From positions 1 through 56,137 of the forward strand of contig JAWAQR010000006.1 of NCBI GenBank assembly GCA_038893835.1: DNA of 56,137 bases, in the 5' to 3' direction. Made by a program: the position numbers and the translations under genes. How positions within the stretch are numbered: the first letter of the stretch is position 1; the number at the start of each line of letters is the position of its first letter. Of the stretch, positions 33,537 through 42,546 are shown one piece after another. Source of the stretch: Archaeoglobaceae archaeon (GTDB lineage Archaea > Halobacteriota > Archaeoglobi > Archaeoglobales > Archaeoglobaceae). A model generated the notes under the pieces. The model was not told the DNA's origin. It was given only the letters and a program-made list of their open reading frames with translations, and did no database searches.

Positions 33537-34283
33537 TCACCTCTTCTTTTCGAGAAAATCTTTCATCAACTTTTTCGCCTCCTCACTCGCGAAAAGAATA
33601 GAGAAAAGACCGGCTTCAAGTCTTAATCCCTCTCTTAGTGGTGTGTTCATGGAAGCATTTAGGGCTCTTTTTGCCAATTTTATGGCAATTGCTGACTTTT
33701 CTGCTATCTTGTTTGCAATTTCTTTTGCTCTTTCCATCAACTTTTCATGCTCGACAACTTCATCAACGAGCCCTATTCGAAAAGCCTCATTTGCATCTAT
33801 GATTTCTCCAGTAAATATGAGTTTCTTCGCCATTCCAATCCCTACAAGCCTAGGTAACCTCTGTGTCCCACCTGCACCTGGAATTATGCCCAAATTTATC
33901 TCTGGCTGTCCAAGTCTAGCTTTGTTGCTTGCAATCCTTATATCACATGCCATCGCAAGTTCAAGCCCTCCACCCAATGCAAGGCCATTGATCGCGGCAA
34001 TGGTTGGAATTTCGAGATCTTCTATTTTAGCAAAAAGCTCAGAACCGAGTTTTGTTGCCTCTATAGCTTTTATAGGATCTCTCTGAATCAACTCATTTAC
34101 ATCAGCTCCAGCTGCGAAAGCTCGACCACTTCCAGTTATTATTAGTACTCTAACTTCCTTTTCCGCCCTTTCAACTATTTCCTTTAAATTTTCCCTTGTC
34201 TTCGTGTCAAGGGCATTGAGTTTTTCTGGTCTGTTTAAAACTGCAATCCCTATATTTCCTTCAACACTGTAAAGAACGTTCAT
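33537..34283 (-). CDS. Enoyl-CoA hydratase (crotonase)
   Basis: LNRPEKLNAL, AFAAGAD, GGGLELAMACD and GQPEINLGIIPGAGGTQRL, with both catalytic Glu present. Confidence 0.93.
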   Translation of the reverse strand: MNVLYSVEGNIGIAVLNRPEKLNALDTKTRENLKEIVERAEKEVRVLIITGSGRAFAAGADVNELIQRDPIKAIEATKLGSELFAKIEDLEIPTIAAINGLALGGGLELAMACDIRIASNKARLGQPEINLGIIPGAGGTQRLPRLVGIGMAKKLIFTGEIIDANEAFRIGLVDEVVEHEKLMERAKEIANKIAEKSAIAIKLAKRALNASMNTPLREGLRLEAGLFSILFASEEAKKLMKDFLEKKR

Positions 34284-35428
34284 ACTCTCCCTAGAAGTTG
34301 TCTGGCTATTATCAATTTCTGAATTTCTTTTGTCCCTTCATATATTTCTGTTATCTTCGCATCCCTGTAAAATCTCTCCGCAGGATATTCACCAATGTAT
34401 CCATATCCACCGTGGAACTGCACACACCAGTCAGCGGCCATCACAGCAGTTTCTCCAGCAAACCACTTTGCCATTGAAGAGAGTTCTGGTCTTGGCTGTC
34501 CGATGCTACAATACCAAGCCGCTTGCCAAGTTAAAAGTCTTGCGGCCTGTATTCTTGTCGCAATTTCAGCGATCTTGAATTGGGTGTGTTGAAAACTTGC
34601 TATAGTCTGTCCGAACTGTTTTCTTTGCTTTACATATTTTATTGCAAGCTCTAATGCTCCCTGAGCTATTCCAACTGCTTGTGCAGCAACCCTTGGTCTT
34701 GTATGGTTGAAGAATTCCATCAGCAGATAGAAACCTTTTCCGGGTTCACCGAGTATGTTCTCATCTCCAACACGAACATCTTTAAGAACAATTTCAGCAG
34801 TATCGCTTGCTCTTAAGCCAAGCTTATTCTTTATTTTTGTTGCCTTAAATCCCTTCATTTTGCTCTCAACGATTGCAAAAGTCAATCCTTCATGCCTTTT
34901 CTTACCTTCAAAAGTTCTGCCTAAAACCAGCACAAAATCGCAAACGCTCCCGTTCGTTATGAAAGTCTTCACTCCATTTATAACCCATTCATCTCCTTCC
35001 TTTACTATTCTCGTCTTAACACTTGCAACATCGCTACCAGCTTCTGGCTCAGTGGAAGCCATTGCAGAAATTCCATCTTTCTCCGTTATCCAGCGCAGGT
35101 ATTTTTCCTTCTGCTCCTCGCTGCCAAACATTACGATCAATTCCGAGCCAAATGTAGAACTTAGGCACGCATTACCTAGCCCAGGGCTTATGCGATAGAA
35201 TTCTTCAGTGACAAGGCACTCCTCAAGCAAGGTCAATCCCATCCCTCCATATTTTTCCGGTATTTTTATCGTCGAAAAACCGAGTTTTCTCGCTTTTTTC
35301 ACGAGTTCCATTGGATATTTCTCTTCCCTATCACACTCCTCCATGAGCTCTTTTGTGAACTCCTTCTCCGCAAATTCTCTTGCAGCTCTTCTTATATCTT
35401 CCTGCTCCTCATTAAGTTTAAAATCCAA
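34280..35428 (-). CDS. Acyl-CoA dehydrogenase
   Basis: TEPEAGSD, NGVKTFITNG, RKQFG, GGYGY and IYEGT. TTG start after GGAGGTGA. Confidence 0.95.
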   Translation of the reverse strand: MDFKLNEEQEDIRRAAREFAEKEFTKELMEECDREEKYPMELVKKARKLGFSTIKIPEKYGGMGLTLLEECLVTEEFYRISPGLGNACLSSTFGSELIVMFGSEEQKEKYLRWITEKDGISAMASTEPEAGSDVASVKTRIVKEGDEWVINGVKTFITNGSVCDFVLVLGRTFEGKKRHEGLTFAIVESKMKGFKATKIKNKLGLRASDTAEIVLKDVRVGDENILGEPGKGFYLLMEFFNHTRPRVAAQAVGIAQGALELAIKYVKQRKQFGQTIASFQHTQFKIAEIATRIQAARLLTWQAAWYCSIGQPRPELSSMAKWFAGETAVMAADWCVQFHGGYGYIGEYPAERFYRDAKITEIYEGTKEIQKLIIARQLLGRV

Positions 35429-35434
35429 AAGATA

Positions 35435-35827
35435 TCACCTCCTAAACCAAATCTTCCAAATTCCGCTCTCGTCTTTTGCAGTTGAAATGAAAACTTCATC
35501 ACCAACCCTTAGATCCTCTTCGCTCCATCCCATAACGCAAACGTCACCAAATCTCGCAATCACAATTCTATACGGCTTACTCCATTCAAAACAGGCTGGA
35601 ATTGAATGGACAACAGTAAAGCACTCCACAAACCCTTTTTCCTTTATTTCAACCCATTCAGTTTGGTTTCCACAAATGCAGTCTGCTCTCGGAGGATAGT
35701 AGCTTTTTTCGCAATTTCTACAAACTGTTTTAAAGACTCTTCCCTCTTCTAATCCTTTCCAGTAGTTTGCAGTTTTTTTGACGGGAATTCTATGCTTCAA
35801 TTTAATTTCCCTACTTTCAACTATCAT
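35435..35827 (-). CDS. DUF35 Zn-ribbon/OB-fold protein, thiolase partner
   Basis: YWKGLEEG, CRNC..YYPPRADC.C and an OB-fold C-terminus. ATG 35827 after GAGGTGA (ORF track start 35878). Confidence 0.85.
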   Translation of the reverse strand: MIVESREIKLKHRIPVKKTANYWKGLEEGRVFKTVCRNCEKSYYPPRADCICGNQTEWVEIKEKGFVECFTVVHSIPACFEWSKPYRIVIARFGDVCVMGWSEEDLRVGDEVFISTAKDESGIWKIWFRR

Positions 35828-35831
35828 CCCA

Positions 35832-36989
35832 TCACCTCGAAAAGATGAAAACCCATGCAAAATGGCCAGTCCCTCCAACGTTGTGGCTCAGGGCACGGTA
35901 GTGCTTTAAATCCACCTGTAACTTTCCAGCCTCTTCACGGAGTTGTTTGACAATTTCATAAACCATTGCAATTCCTGTCGCTGCCAGAGGATGTCCTTTT
36001 GCCTTTAAACCACCAAAAGTGTTAACGGGAATTTTTCCACCGAAATCTGAATCTCCATTTTCGATGAATTTACCACCTTCACCTTTTTTACAGAATCCAA
36101 GGTCTTCATAAGCCATGATCTCTGCAATCGTAAAGCAATCATGTACAGTTGCAAGATCGAAACTCTTTACTGGTTCAGAAATCTTTGCACCTTTATAAGC
36201 CATCTCTGCTGCGAGTCTGGAAGCCCTCAGACCTAGAAAGTTTTCCCTCATTGTCATGTTCGACGTATCAGAGGAGAAACCAATACTTTCAATCCATACA
36301 GCATCAAGTCCATGCTCCTTTACAGCTTTTTCACTTGCCAATATGGCTGCTGAGGCACCATCGCTGATTGGAGAGCAATCGTAGAGCTTCAGGGGATATG
36401 CTATCATCCTAGAATTTAGAACATCTTCAACGCTTATTTCCTTCTGGAAGTGTGCTTTTGGATTTTTTGCTGCATTTCTATGCGCTTTTACAGCAACTAA
36501 AGCCATTTGTTTTTCTGTAGTTCCAAATTTTGCCATATGTGCGGTTGCGTGCATTGCATAGTAAGCAGGGAAGGTTGTGCCGTAAAAGTGATGTTCCCAT
36601 AAATAATTTCCAGCTCTTCCCCCAATCGCAGTTGAAGTTGCCGTATCGACTTCTGTCATCTTTTCAACTCCAATTGCTATCGCTATTTCAGCAATTCCGG
36701 CTTTTATGGAAGAATAAGCTGTATAAATCGCAGCACTTCCAGTTGCACATGCAGCTTCAACTCTTAAAGGACCTTTACCGATAAAACCGCAATACTCGTT
36801 CACAACTACAGCTGGCATCAACTCATAGTTTCTTGTCCCAACGCAGCCAACTACGCTTAGATCTATATCTTCCTGACTCAAATTTGCATCTTTCAAAGCT
36901 TCGAGAACAGCCTCAAAAGCCAATTCTTGAATAGTTAAATCTCTGACTCCGAACTTTGAACATCCTACTCCGACTATACCAACTTTCAT
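35832..36989 (-). CDS. Acetyl-CoA acyltransferase (SCP2-type archaeal thiolase)
   Basis: EAACATG (catalytic Cys), DCSPISDGA, HDCFT, KGHPLAATG and HNVGG. Confidence 0.93.
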   Translation of the reverse strand: MKVGIVGVGCSKFGVRDLTIQELAFEAVLEALKDANLSQEDIDLSVVGCVGTRNYELMPAVVVNEYCGFIGKGPLRVEAACATGSAAIYTAYSSIKAGIAEIAIAIGVEKMTEVDTATSTAIGGRAGNYLWEHHFYGTTFPAYYAMHATAHMAKFGTTEKQMALVAVKAHRNAAKNPKAHFQKEISVEDVLNSRMIAYPLKLYDCSPISDGASAAILASEKAVKEHGLDAVWIESIGFSSDTSNMTMRENFLGLRASRLAAEMAYKGAKISEPVKSFDLATVHDCFTIAEIMAYEDLGFCKKGEGGKFIENGDSDFGGKIPVNTFGGLKAKGHPLAATGIAMVYEIVKQLREEAGKLQVDLKHYRALSHNVGGTGHFAWVFIFSR

Positions 36990-36996
36990 CGATTTT

Positions 36997-37025
36997 TGTG
37001 AGCGACAACATTAAAAAACTTTTCG
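36997..37025 (-). promoter_or_regulatory. BRE/TATA promoter of the beta-oxidation operon
   Basis: Minus-strand CGAAAAG-TTTTTTAAT about 21 nt upstream of the thiolase ATG, with a TGT-N3-CG-N3-ACA dyad (36997-37010) between the TATA and the start. Confidence 0.55.
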
Positions 37026-37037
37026 CAAAATACGAAG

Positions 37038-37484
37038 TCATTCGAGGAGAATGAGTGCATAAAGTGATGACTCATTTGGATCCAATTCGATAAGTTTTCC
37101 AAGCTCAATCCCAAGTGCGGATAAGGAAAACCTTTTCTTCTCAGGCTTTTTACATGGATTCTCGCAGCTGTTGCAGAGATTACAGTTACCTGGAAAGAGG
37201 GCAAGAGCGAATGTATAACCACTTTTAACAAACTCCTTTTCCTTTTCTAACAAAAACTCTTGAATCTTTCTCTTTTCTTCGTCGAATTTTCCCTCTATAG
37301 CGAACTTAAAGAGTAGGGCTTTTTTGTAGTGTTCTAACAGCTCTTTAAAGCTCCTCCAGTCTGGAGCATTTGGCGGACAAGAGGGGCTTTTTCCATAATT
37401 TGGACAACTCATACATTTCCATACTGGCTTTGGAGAAACTGGGATAATTTTTGCATCAATTTCCTTTTGAAAGACTATCCTCAT
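37038..37484 (-). CDS. DUF2284-family predicted metal-binding protein
   Basis: WKCMSCPNYGKSPSCPP and PGNCNLC..C..C..PEK.R.SL.ALGI. Confidence 0.8.
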   Translation of the reverse strand: MRIVFQKEIDAKIIPVSPKPVWKCMSCPNYGKSPSCPPNAPDWRSFKELLEHYKKALLFKFAIEGKFDEEKRKIQEFLLEKEKEFVKSGYTFALALFPGNCNLCNSCENPCKKPEKKRFSLSALGIELGKLIELDPNESSLYALILLE

Positions 37485-37969
37485 GGTATAATCGTCCTCC
37501 TGTGATCTTTGTGAGTTCTCGAGGCTATGAAGGTGTGGATGTGGTTAATTTTGATCCCATTTTTCTTCATCCATTCCATGAACTTCTTTCTCTCTATTCT
37601 ATACTCTTCAACATCTTTATATCTGACGATTATGCATAAATCGTATTGGGAGCCAACTATTTCGAATATGTTTTCAACGAAATCGAGCTTTTTAAAATGT
37701 TCGATTATCTCATCCAGCCTCGTCTTCGACTCAATGTCGAGGTCAAGTAGAACGACTGCAAGCATGTTCAAACCGATCTTCTGATAGTTCGCAATCCAAT
37801 ATCCTTCCTTAAGCTTTATCAAAAAGCCATGTTCTTCAAGAGCTTTTATTCTATTTTGAACAGTTCTAAGTGTAACCCCAACTATTTCAGCAATTTCTGC
37901 TTGCGTTTTACCGCGAAGAAGATTTTCTATTATCTTCTTATCTATTTCATCGAGCTCATTTTTTCGCAT
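37481..37969 (-). CDS. Lrp/AsnC-family transcriptional regulator
   Basis: LDEIDKKII...AEIAEIVGVT..TVQNRIKALEE.G HTH plus a RAM domain (EIVGSQYD). Confidence 0.88.
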   Translation of the reverse strand: MRKNELDEIDKKIIENLLRGKTQAEIAEIVGVTLRTVQNRIKALEEHGFLIKLKEGYWIANYQKIGLNMLAVVLLDLDIESKTRLDEIIEHFKKLDFVENIFEIVGSQYDLCIIVRYKDVEEYRIERKKFMEWMKKNGIKINHIHTFIASRTHKDHRRTIIP

Positions 37970-38014
37970 ATGTAGAAAATATTTGTAATAAGTATATAAA
38001 TTTTACTAATTACT

Positions 38015-38929
38015 CTAGAGAAGCGGAATTCTTGCAAATTGCTCTATTTCTAGAGCTTTATTCCATAAAAGCTTACATTCACAGTCTATATCTAGTAAGG
38101 TTTTGTCCTGTGTAACTGAAAACAGTTTTAAGGCACTAACAATTTCTCGATCACACTTTCCACAATTGTGTGGTCCCCTAGCTTTTCCACCTGCTACCGG
38201 ATCGCATATAACTTCCACTTTTTCTCTTATTCTCTTTATCGCCTCCACAGCACTCCAAAGCCAAGGAGGGCGATAAAGTCCTCTTTCCCAAAGTTTTTCT
38301 ACCAAAGTTCCTTTTTGGATGTTCATCAAGTTTATCGATATCACGTCAACGAATTCATGTACTTTTTTCACGGAATCTACGATATCTCTTATCGCTTCTT
38401 TTTCAGAAACGAAAGGTGGCTTTAAGAGTAAATAGCACTTTACACGAAACCCTTCTTTTTTTATTTTCTCAGCTGCAAATTTGAAATCATCGAAACTGAA
38501 ACCTTTGTTTATACATATCTCTCTTATCCTATCATTTGCACTTTCCAAGCCTATACCAACCTCCAGCTCTAGTCCCTTAAAGTCTGCAAGTTTTTCTTCA
38601 CTTATGAACTCCGGTCGAGATTCGACGATTATCTTTTTAATCCCCATTTCCTTTGCCCTGTCGGCGATGTATTTCCTTAATTCTGCGGATATTTCGTTCT
38701 CATCAAAAAAGCTTCCGGATGTGAAAATCTTCAACAACTTTGTATCCACTCTTTCAAAGATGAAATCTATCTGCTCTTTTAAATCTCTCTCGCTTATATT
38801 TCTTGATTCTATCCAGTAGCTGCACATGTTGCACTTTCTCCATCTGCAGCCCTTTGTTGTCAGAATTGCAGTTAAACAGACTTCTCTCTCTCCCTTGTAT
38901 CTCTCGAACTCTTTCCAAATCTTAACCAT
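38015..38929 (-). CDS. Archaeosine biosynthesis radical SAM enzyme RaSEA
   Basis: ILTT.GC.W..C.MCSY, KIFTSGSFFD.E, VESRPEF, LLKPPF, YRPPWLWS and RGPHNCGKCD. Confidence 0.88.
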   Translation of the reverse strand: MVKIWKEFERYKGEREVCLTAILTTKGCRWRKCNMCSYWIESRNISERDLKEQIDFIFERVDTKLLKIFTSGSFFDENEISAELRKYIADRAKEMGIKKIIVESRPEFISEEKLADFKGLELEVGIGLESANDRIREICINKGFSFDDFKFAAEKIKKEGFRVKCYLLLKPPFVSEKEAIRDIVDSVKKVHEFVDVISINLMNIQKGTLVEKLWERGLYRPPWLWSAVEAIKRIREKVEVICDPVAGGKARGPHNCGKCDREIVSALKLFSVTQDKTLLDIDCECKLLWNKALEIEQFARIPLL

Positions 38930-39545
38930 AAAATCTCTTCACCCTTAACCTATCTCCCATGTAGAGTCCAGCTATGAGCCCTGTAAGGTGGGCTATATAT
39001 GCAACTCCTGTGTATACTAGATGTGAAGCGCTTAAAACCAGCATTGTAAAGTCGTAGAGTGCAAAGATCAGCAGAGCTATGCGAATGTTTATTGGAAAAG
39101 GTATTGGAAATATTATTATCTTTATACCCGGTGCAATTATGGCCAAACAGCCCATAACACCAAATATCGCTCCTGAAGCACCAAGACCGGGAATAAAGCT
39201 GTCCATTGCATAGGAATAAAGGATGTATCCAATGTTTCCCGCCAAACCAGAAGTCAAAAAAACCTTAAAATAACTCTTCTCCCCTAATAGTCTTTCAAGT
39301 TCGTTTCCGAAGAATAAAAGGACAAAACAATTTATAAAAAAGTGCCAGAAATCTACGTGCATGAATATGCTGGTGATCAATTGCCAGGGCATTAAAATGA
39401 ATTTCAGCGGATGCAGTGCAAAGAAATCTACCATCTGTCTTGGAAAGAAAATGGAAAGTAAGAAGAAAAATAAGCAGATAAAGAGGACAGTGTTATTCGC
39501 TCCGTAGGGGAAAATTTTCTTTCTGTATGGGCTTCTAAACTCCAC
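38922..39545 (-). CDS. Rhomboid intramembrane serine protease
   Basis: PWQLITSIFMH...H...N, GASGA (Ser) and AHL.G (His), with hydrophobic helices. Confidence 0.92.
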   Translation of the reverse strand: MEFRSPYRKKIFPYGANNTVLFICLFFFLLSIFFPRQMVDFFALHPLKFILMPWQLITSIFMHVDFWHFFINCFVLLFFGNELERLLGEKSYFKVFLTSGLAGNIGYILYSYAMDSFIPGLGASGAIFGVMGCLAIIAPGIKIIIFPIPFPINIRIALLIFALYDFTMLVLSASHLVYTGVAYIAHLTGLIAGLYMGDRLRVKRFYG

Positions 39546-39577
39546 AAAAAAAGAATAAGTAAAGGTTAAAAAAGTTT

Positions 39578-39928
39578 CTATAGTTTATACTTTGACTGGA
39601 ACTTCTTCACAACTCCTGCAAGTCTTTGAGCTTCCAATATGTTGCCTTGAATCTTATACTTGCCCATCATGAAGGCTGCAACAGGGTCCTCCTTACCTTT
39701 TAAAACATTTACCCATAGATCTGGACTGGCTATTATTGTGAAAGTTGGCGAGGTAGCTTTACCTTCCTTAAATTCGCATTTTCCATCTGGATTGTATTCA
39801 ACGTAAAACTCTTCCCCAGCTAGGGAGTACTGCACTATCCCTTTCCAGCCAGCCATCGCCTTTTGAATCTCTGGATCGCTGTTCTGTATGTCACACATTT
39901 TCTTGATCAATTCTTTCGCTTCACTCAT
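39578..39928 (-). CDS. SCP2 sterol/lipid carrier domain protein
   Basis: DPVAAFMMGKYKIQGNI SCP2 signature; 116 aa. Confidence 0.85.
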   Translation of the reverse strand: MSEAKELIKKMCDIQNSDPEIQKAMAGWKGIVQYSLAGEEFYVEYNPDGKCEFKEGKATSPTFTIIASPDLWVNVLKGKEDPVAAFMMGKYKIQGNILEAQRLAGVVKKFQSKYKL

Positions 39929-40041
39929 GCGATCACCGAATTTGATAATTTTTTAAAGAAATATAAGTCTTGTGATTTGACTGCAAAAAGAAAGATTTTA
40001 AAATTAGAGAAGAATTACAATTATAAATTATTTTTCTTTTA

Positions 40042-40326
40042 TCACTCAACTTTTACTTCTTTGAGCTCCTGGGAAGTTTGCATTCTCCTCGTAAAAACAT
40101 CTTTTATTATCACAATATCCCCTACAGCTTTAACAAGTCTGTAGGGAATAATAACTCCACGAGAATGTGAGTCGATCAGAGCTTTATTGTATTCAACAAC
40201 AACAATTCCTGAGATCGCATTTGCGTTTGTATCTATTATAACATCCTCGATCTTTCCAACGTATCTCCCCTCATCCGTAAAGACTCTCATACCAAAAAGC
40301 ATCGTTATTTCCCCGCTCATCGTCAT
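40042..40326 (-). CDS. PRC-barrel protein, CdpB1-like cell-division protein
   Basis: EIT.LFGMRVFTDEGRYVGKIEDV..D and RGVIIPYRLVKAVGDIV PRC-barrel signature. Confidence 0.75.
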   Translation of the reverse strand: MTMSGEITMLFGMRVFTDEGRYVGKIEDVIIDTNANAISGIVVVEYNKALIDSHSRGVIIPYRLVKAVGDIVIIKDVFTRRMQTSQELKEVKVE

Positions 40327-40425
40327 AAGCTATGATCTGAGAGCAATATATTAATTTTTTCTTTGAAGACCGTTAAGCTCGAGAAGTTGCGAAAAAAATT
40401 TATCTTGTAACACTAAAAGTATAAA

Positions 40426-40497
40426 GGGCTCGTAGCTCAGCGGTAGAGCGCCGCCTTCGCGAGGCGGAGGCCCCGGGTTCGAATCCCGGCGAGTCCA
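40426..40497 (+). tRNA. tRNA-Ala(CGC)
   Basis: GGGCTCG/CGAGTCC acceptor with the G3:U70 Ala determinant, anticodon arm CCGCC-TT-CGC-GA-GGCGG and TTCGAAT T-loop. Confidence 0.97.
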
Positions 40498-40774
40498 TGT
40501 TTTTGAAAATGAGAATTTTGGAAGATCTTCTGGAGAAAGTCTTATTTAGCGTAATTAAGTGAAACAAATGAATAGCAGTTGTTAACATCGATGAAATCAG
40601 GCCAAGGAATATCTAGAACTGCAGCTATATCGTTAGCGACGTTATATGAATCGAGGTTGCTCCAAGAATCCAGCTATGGGTTCTTGTACGAATAACTAAT
40701 GCGAACGAATACTGCTGATTATTATGATGTTCAAAATCAGAGTTAGGTTAAAGATGTGTTTCTTGAGAAGCCCA

Positions 40775-42031
40775 TTAGCATATCTCTCTAGGATCTGTAA
40801 TTTCTCCATATATCGCACTGGCAGCTGCAACGGCTGGATTGACGAGATATATTTTGCCTTCAGGACTCCCTTGCCTGCCAATGAAATTTCTGTTCGAAGT
40901 TGAAACGCTGACTTCTCCACTGGCTATCAATCCAAAACTTCCACCCATGCATGGACCACAGGATGGAAATTCTACAATTCCTCCAGCTTCTACGAATATA
41001 TCTATTAATCCAGCTTTCAAAGCCCTTAAATACTCCCTTCTGCTTGCCGGGATTATTATTAATCTTACACCTCTTGCAACTTTCTCTCCTTCAAGAATTT
41101 CAGCCGCAATCTTTAGGTCTTCAAATCTTCCATTTGTGCAGGAGCCTATGAAGACTTGATCAACTTTTATTCCCTTCACTTTTGAAATCCCAACAACATT
41201 GTCAACTCTGTGCGGAACTGCAACCTGTGGCTCCATTCCAGTTACATCGATGATGACTTCTTCAAAGCTTGCATCTTCATCGCTCCTGATCAATTCACCT
41301 CTATATTCTCTTCCAAGCTCCTTTAGATAGTCCATTGTAACTTTATCTGGCTCAACGATCCCAGCCTTTCCACCCATTTCTATGGCCATGTTGCACATCG
41401 TAAGTCTGTCTGCCATTGGAAGGGATTCAACCACTTCTCCAGCAAAGATGCATGCCTTGTAATTAGCCCCCTCTACGCCAATCTTTCCAATTATCCTTAA
41501 AATTATATCCTTTCCATATACGAATTTTCCGAGCTTCCCCTTTACCGTAAATTTTATGCTTTCTGGAACTTTGAACCAAAGTTTCCCGGTTGCAAGGACG
41601 CAGCCCATGTCCGTTGAGCCAATTCCAGTTGCAAAGGCTCCAAGGGCACCGTACATGCAGGTGTGACTGTCAGCACCTACAATTAGCATTCCGGGCTCCA
41701 CATGGTTCTCAACCATCAGCTGATGCGCAATTCCGTTGCATACATCGTAATTTAAAATTCCCTGCTCTCTTGCAAACTTTCTGAGCATCTTTTGGTTTTC
41801 AGCTGCTTTAACGCTATCTGCTGGAGCTTGGTGATCGAAAGCCATTATTAGTCTTTTGTTATCCCATATTCTTGCATTTTTTCCTGCAATCTCCTCAAAA
41901 GCCTTTATCGCGAGTGGTGCAGTTATGTCATGGATCATCGCTAGGTCGATGTTTGCGATAACGAAATCTCCGGCTTTTACATCTTTACCACATGCTCTCG
42001 AAAATATTTTTTCCACTATCGTCTTACCCAT
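40775..42031 (-). CDS. leuC: 3-isopropylmalate dehydratase/homoaconitase large subunit
   Basis: [29 protein letters not shown] and [12 protein letters not shown]; LeuC versus HacA/AksD cannot be resolved by eye. Confidence 0.85.
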   Translation of the reverse strand: MGKTIVEKIFSRACGKDVKAGDFVIANIDLAMIHDITAPLAIKAFEEIAGKNARIWDNKRLIMAFDHQAPADSVKAAENQKMLRKFAREQGILNYDVCNGIAHQLMVENHVEPGMLIVGADSHTCMYGALGAFATGIGSTDMGCVLATGKLWFKVPESIKFTVKGKLGKFVYGKDIILRIIGKIGVEGANYKACIFAGEVVESLPMADRLTMCNMAIEMGGKAGIVEPDKVTMDYLKELGREYRGELIRSDEDASFEEVIIDVTGMEPQVAVPHRVDNVVGISKVKGIKVDQVFIGSCTNGRFEDLKIAAEILEGEKVARGVRLIIIPASRREYLRALKAGLIDIFVEAGGIVEFPSCGPCMGGSFGLIASGEVSVSTSNRNFIGRQGSPEGKIYLVNPAVAAASAIYGEITDPREIC

Positions 42032-42057
42032 AAAGCCATAGTGGGCTTAGGTGTATT

Positions 42058-42546
42058 TCATTTTTTCTTCAATTTCTTCAGGCAGTCCTCACAAAAATTC
42101 TCCGTTTTTTTGTCCACATCTATGACACTGGGAGAGAAGTTCATTACGCAGCCTTTTTTCTTGCAATGGGATAATCCAAAAACATGTCCAAGCTCGTGAA
42201 CTGATTCTTTAAGCAATCTTTGCTTAAAAAGTTCGTAATCTTGGGATTTAAGCCTATAAAAAGAAACTATAGCTTTTTTCCCACCAATCTCAGCTTCACC
42301 GAATATGAAGTTCAATTCATCTGCATAGATGTCTTCGGCTGTGATGAAAAGAGTGATGTTTTTAACTCTGAAAGACATCAGAATGCATGTTGAATTGTAT
42401 TGTCCCCTTCTAACATCGAAGCAAGTCTTTGGAATCTCCAATTCTAGATTTGTTTCAACTTTTATATCAAATTTCTTTTCAAGTTCTCTTGCAAGCCATT
42501 TTAAGAGTTCTGAATCCACCTTTCCGAGAGGCTGAAGGGAGATCAT
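42058..42546 (-). CDS. amzA: Archaemetzincin (peptidase M54)
   Basis: RGQY, LNFIFGEA, KE..HELGHVFGLSHC...CVMNFS and FCEDC. Confidence 0.92.
   Translation of the reverse strand: MISLQPLGKVDSELLKWLARELEKKFDIKVETNLELEIPKTCFDVRRGQYNSTCILMSFRVKNITLFITAEDIYADELNFIFGEAEIGGKKAIVSFYRLKSQDYELFKQRLLKESVHELGHVFGLSHCKKKGCVMNFSPSVIDVDKKTENFCEDCLKKLKKK

Noticed and set aside
36993-37012. Resemblance of TTGTGAGCGACAACATT to the lac operator
   Set aside because: Partial chance match in a native promoter; no vector sequence or LacI-family gene nearby.
40400-40588. 62-aa ORF containing MDSPGFEPGAS
   Set aside because: Antisense translation of tRNA-Ala.
40695-40745. Possible C/D-box sRNA (CTGA...ATGATG)
   Set aside because: Only a D'/C'-like pair is present, with no convincing terminal C and D boxes at proper spacing.
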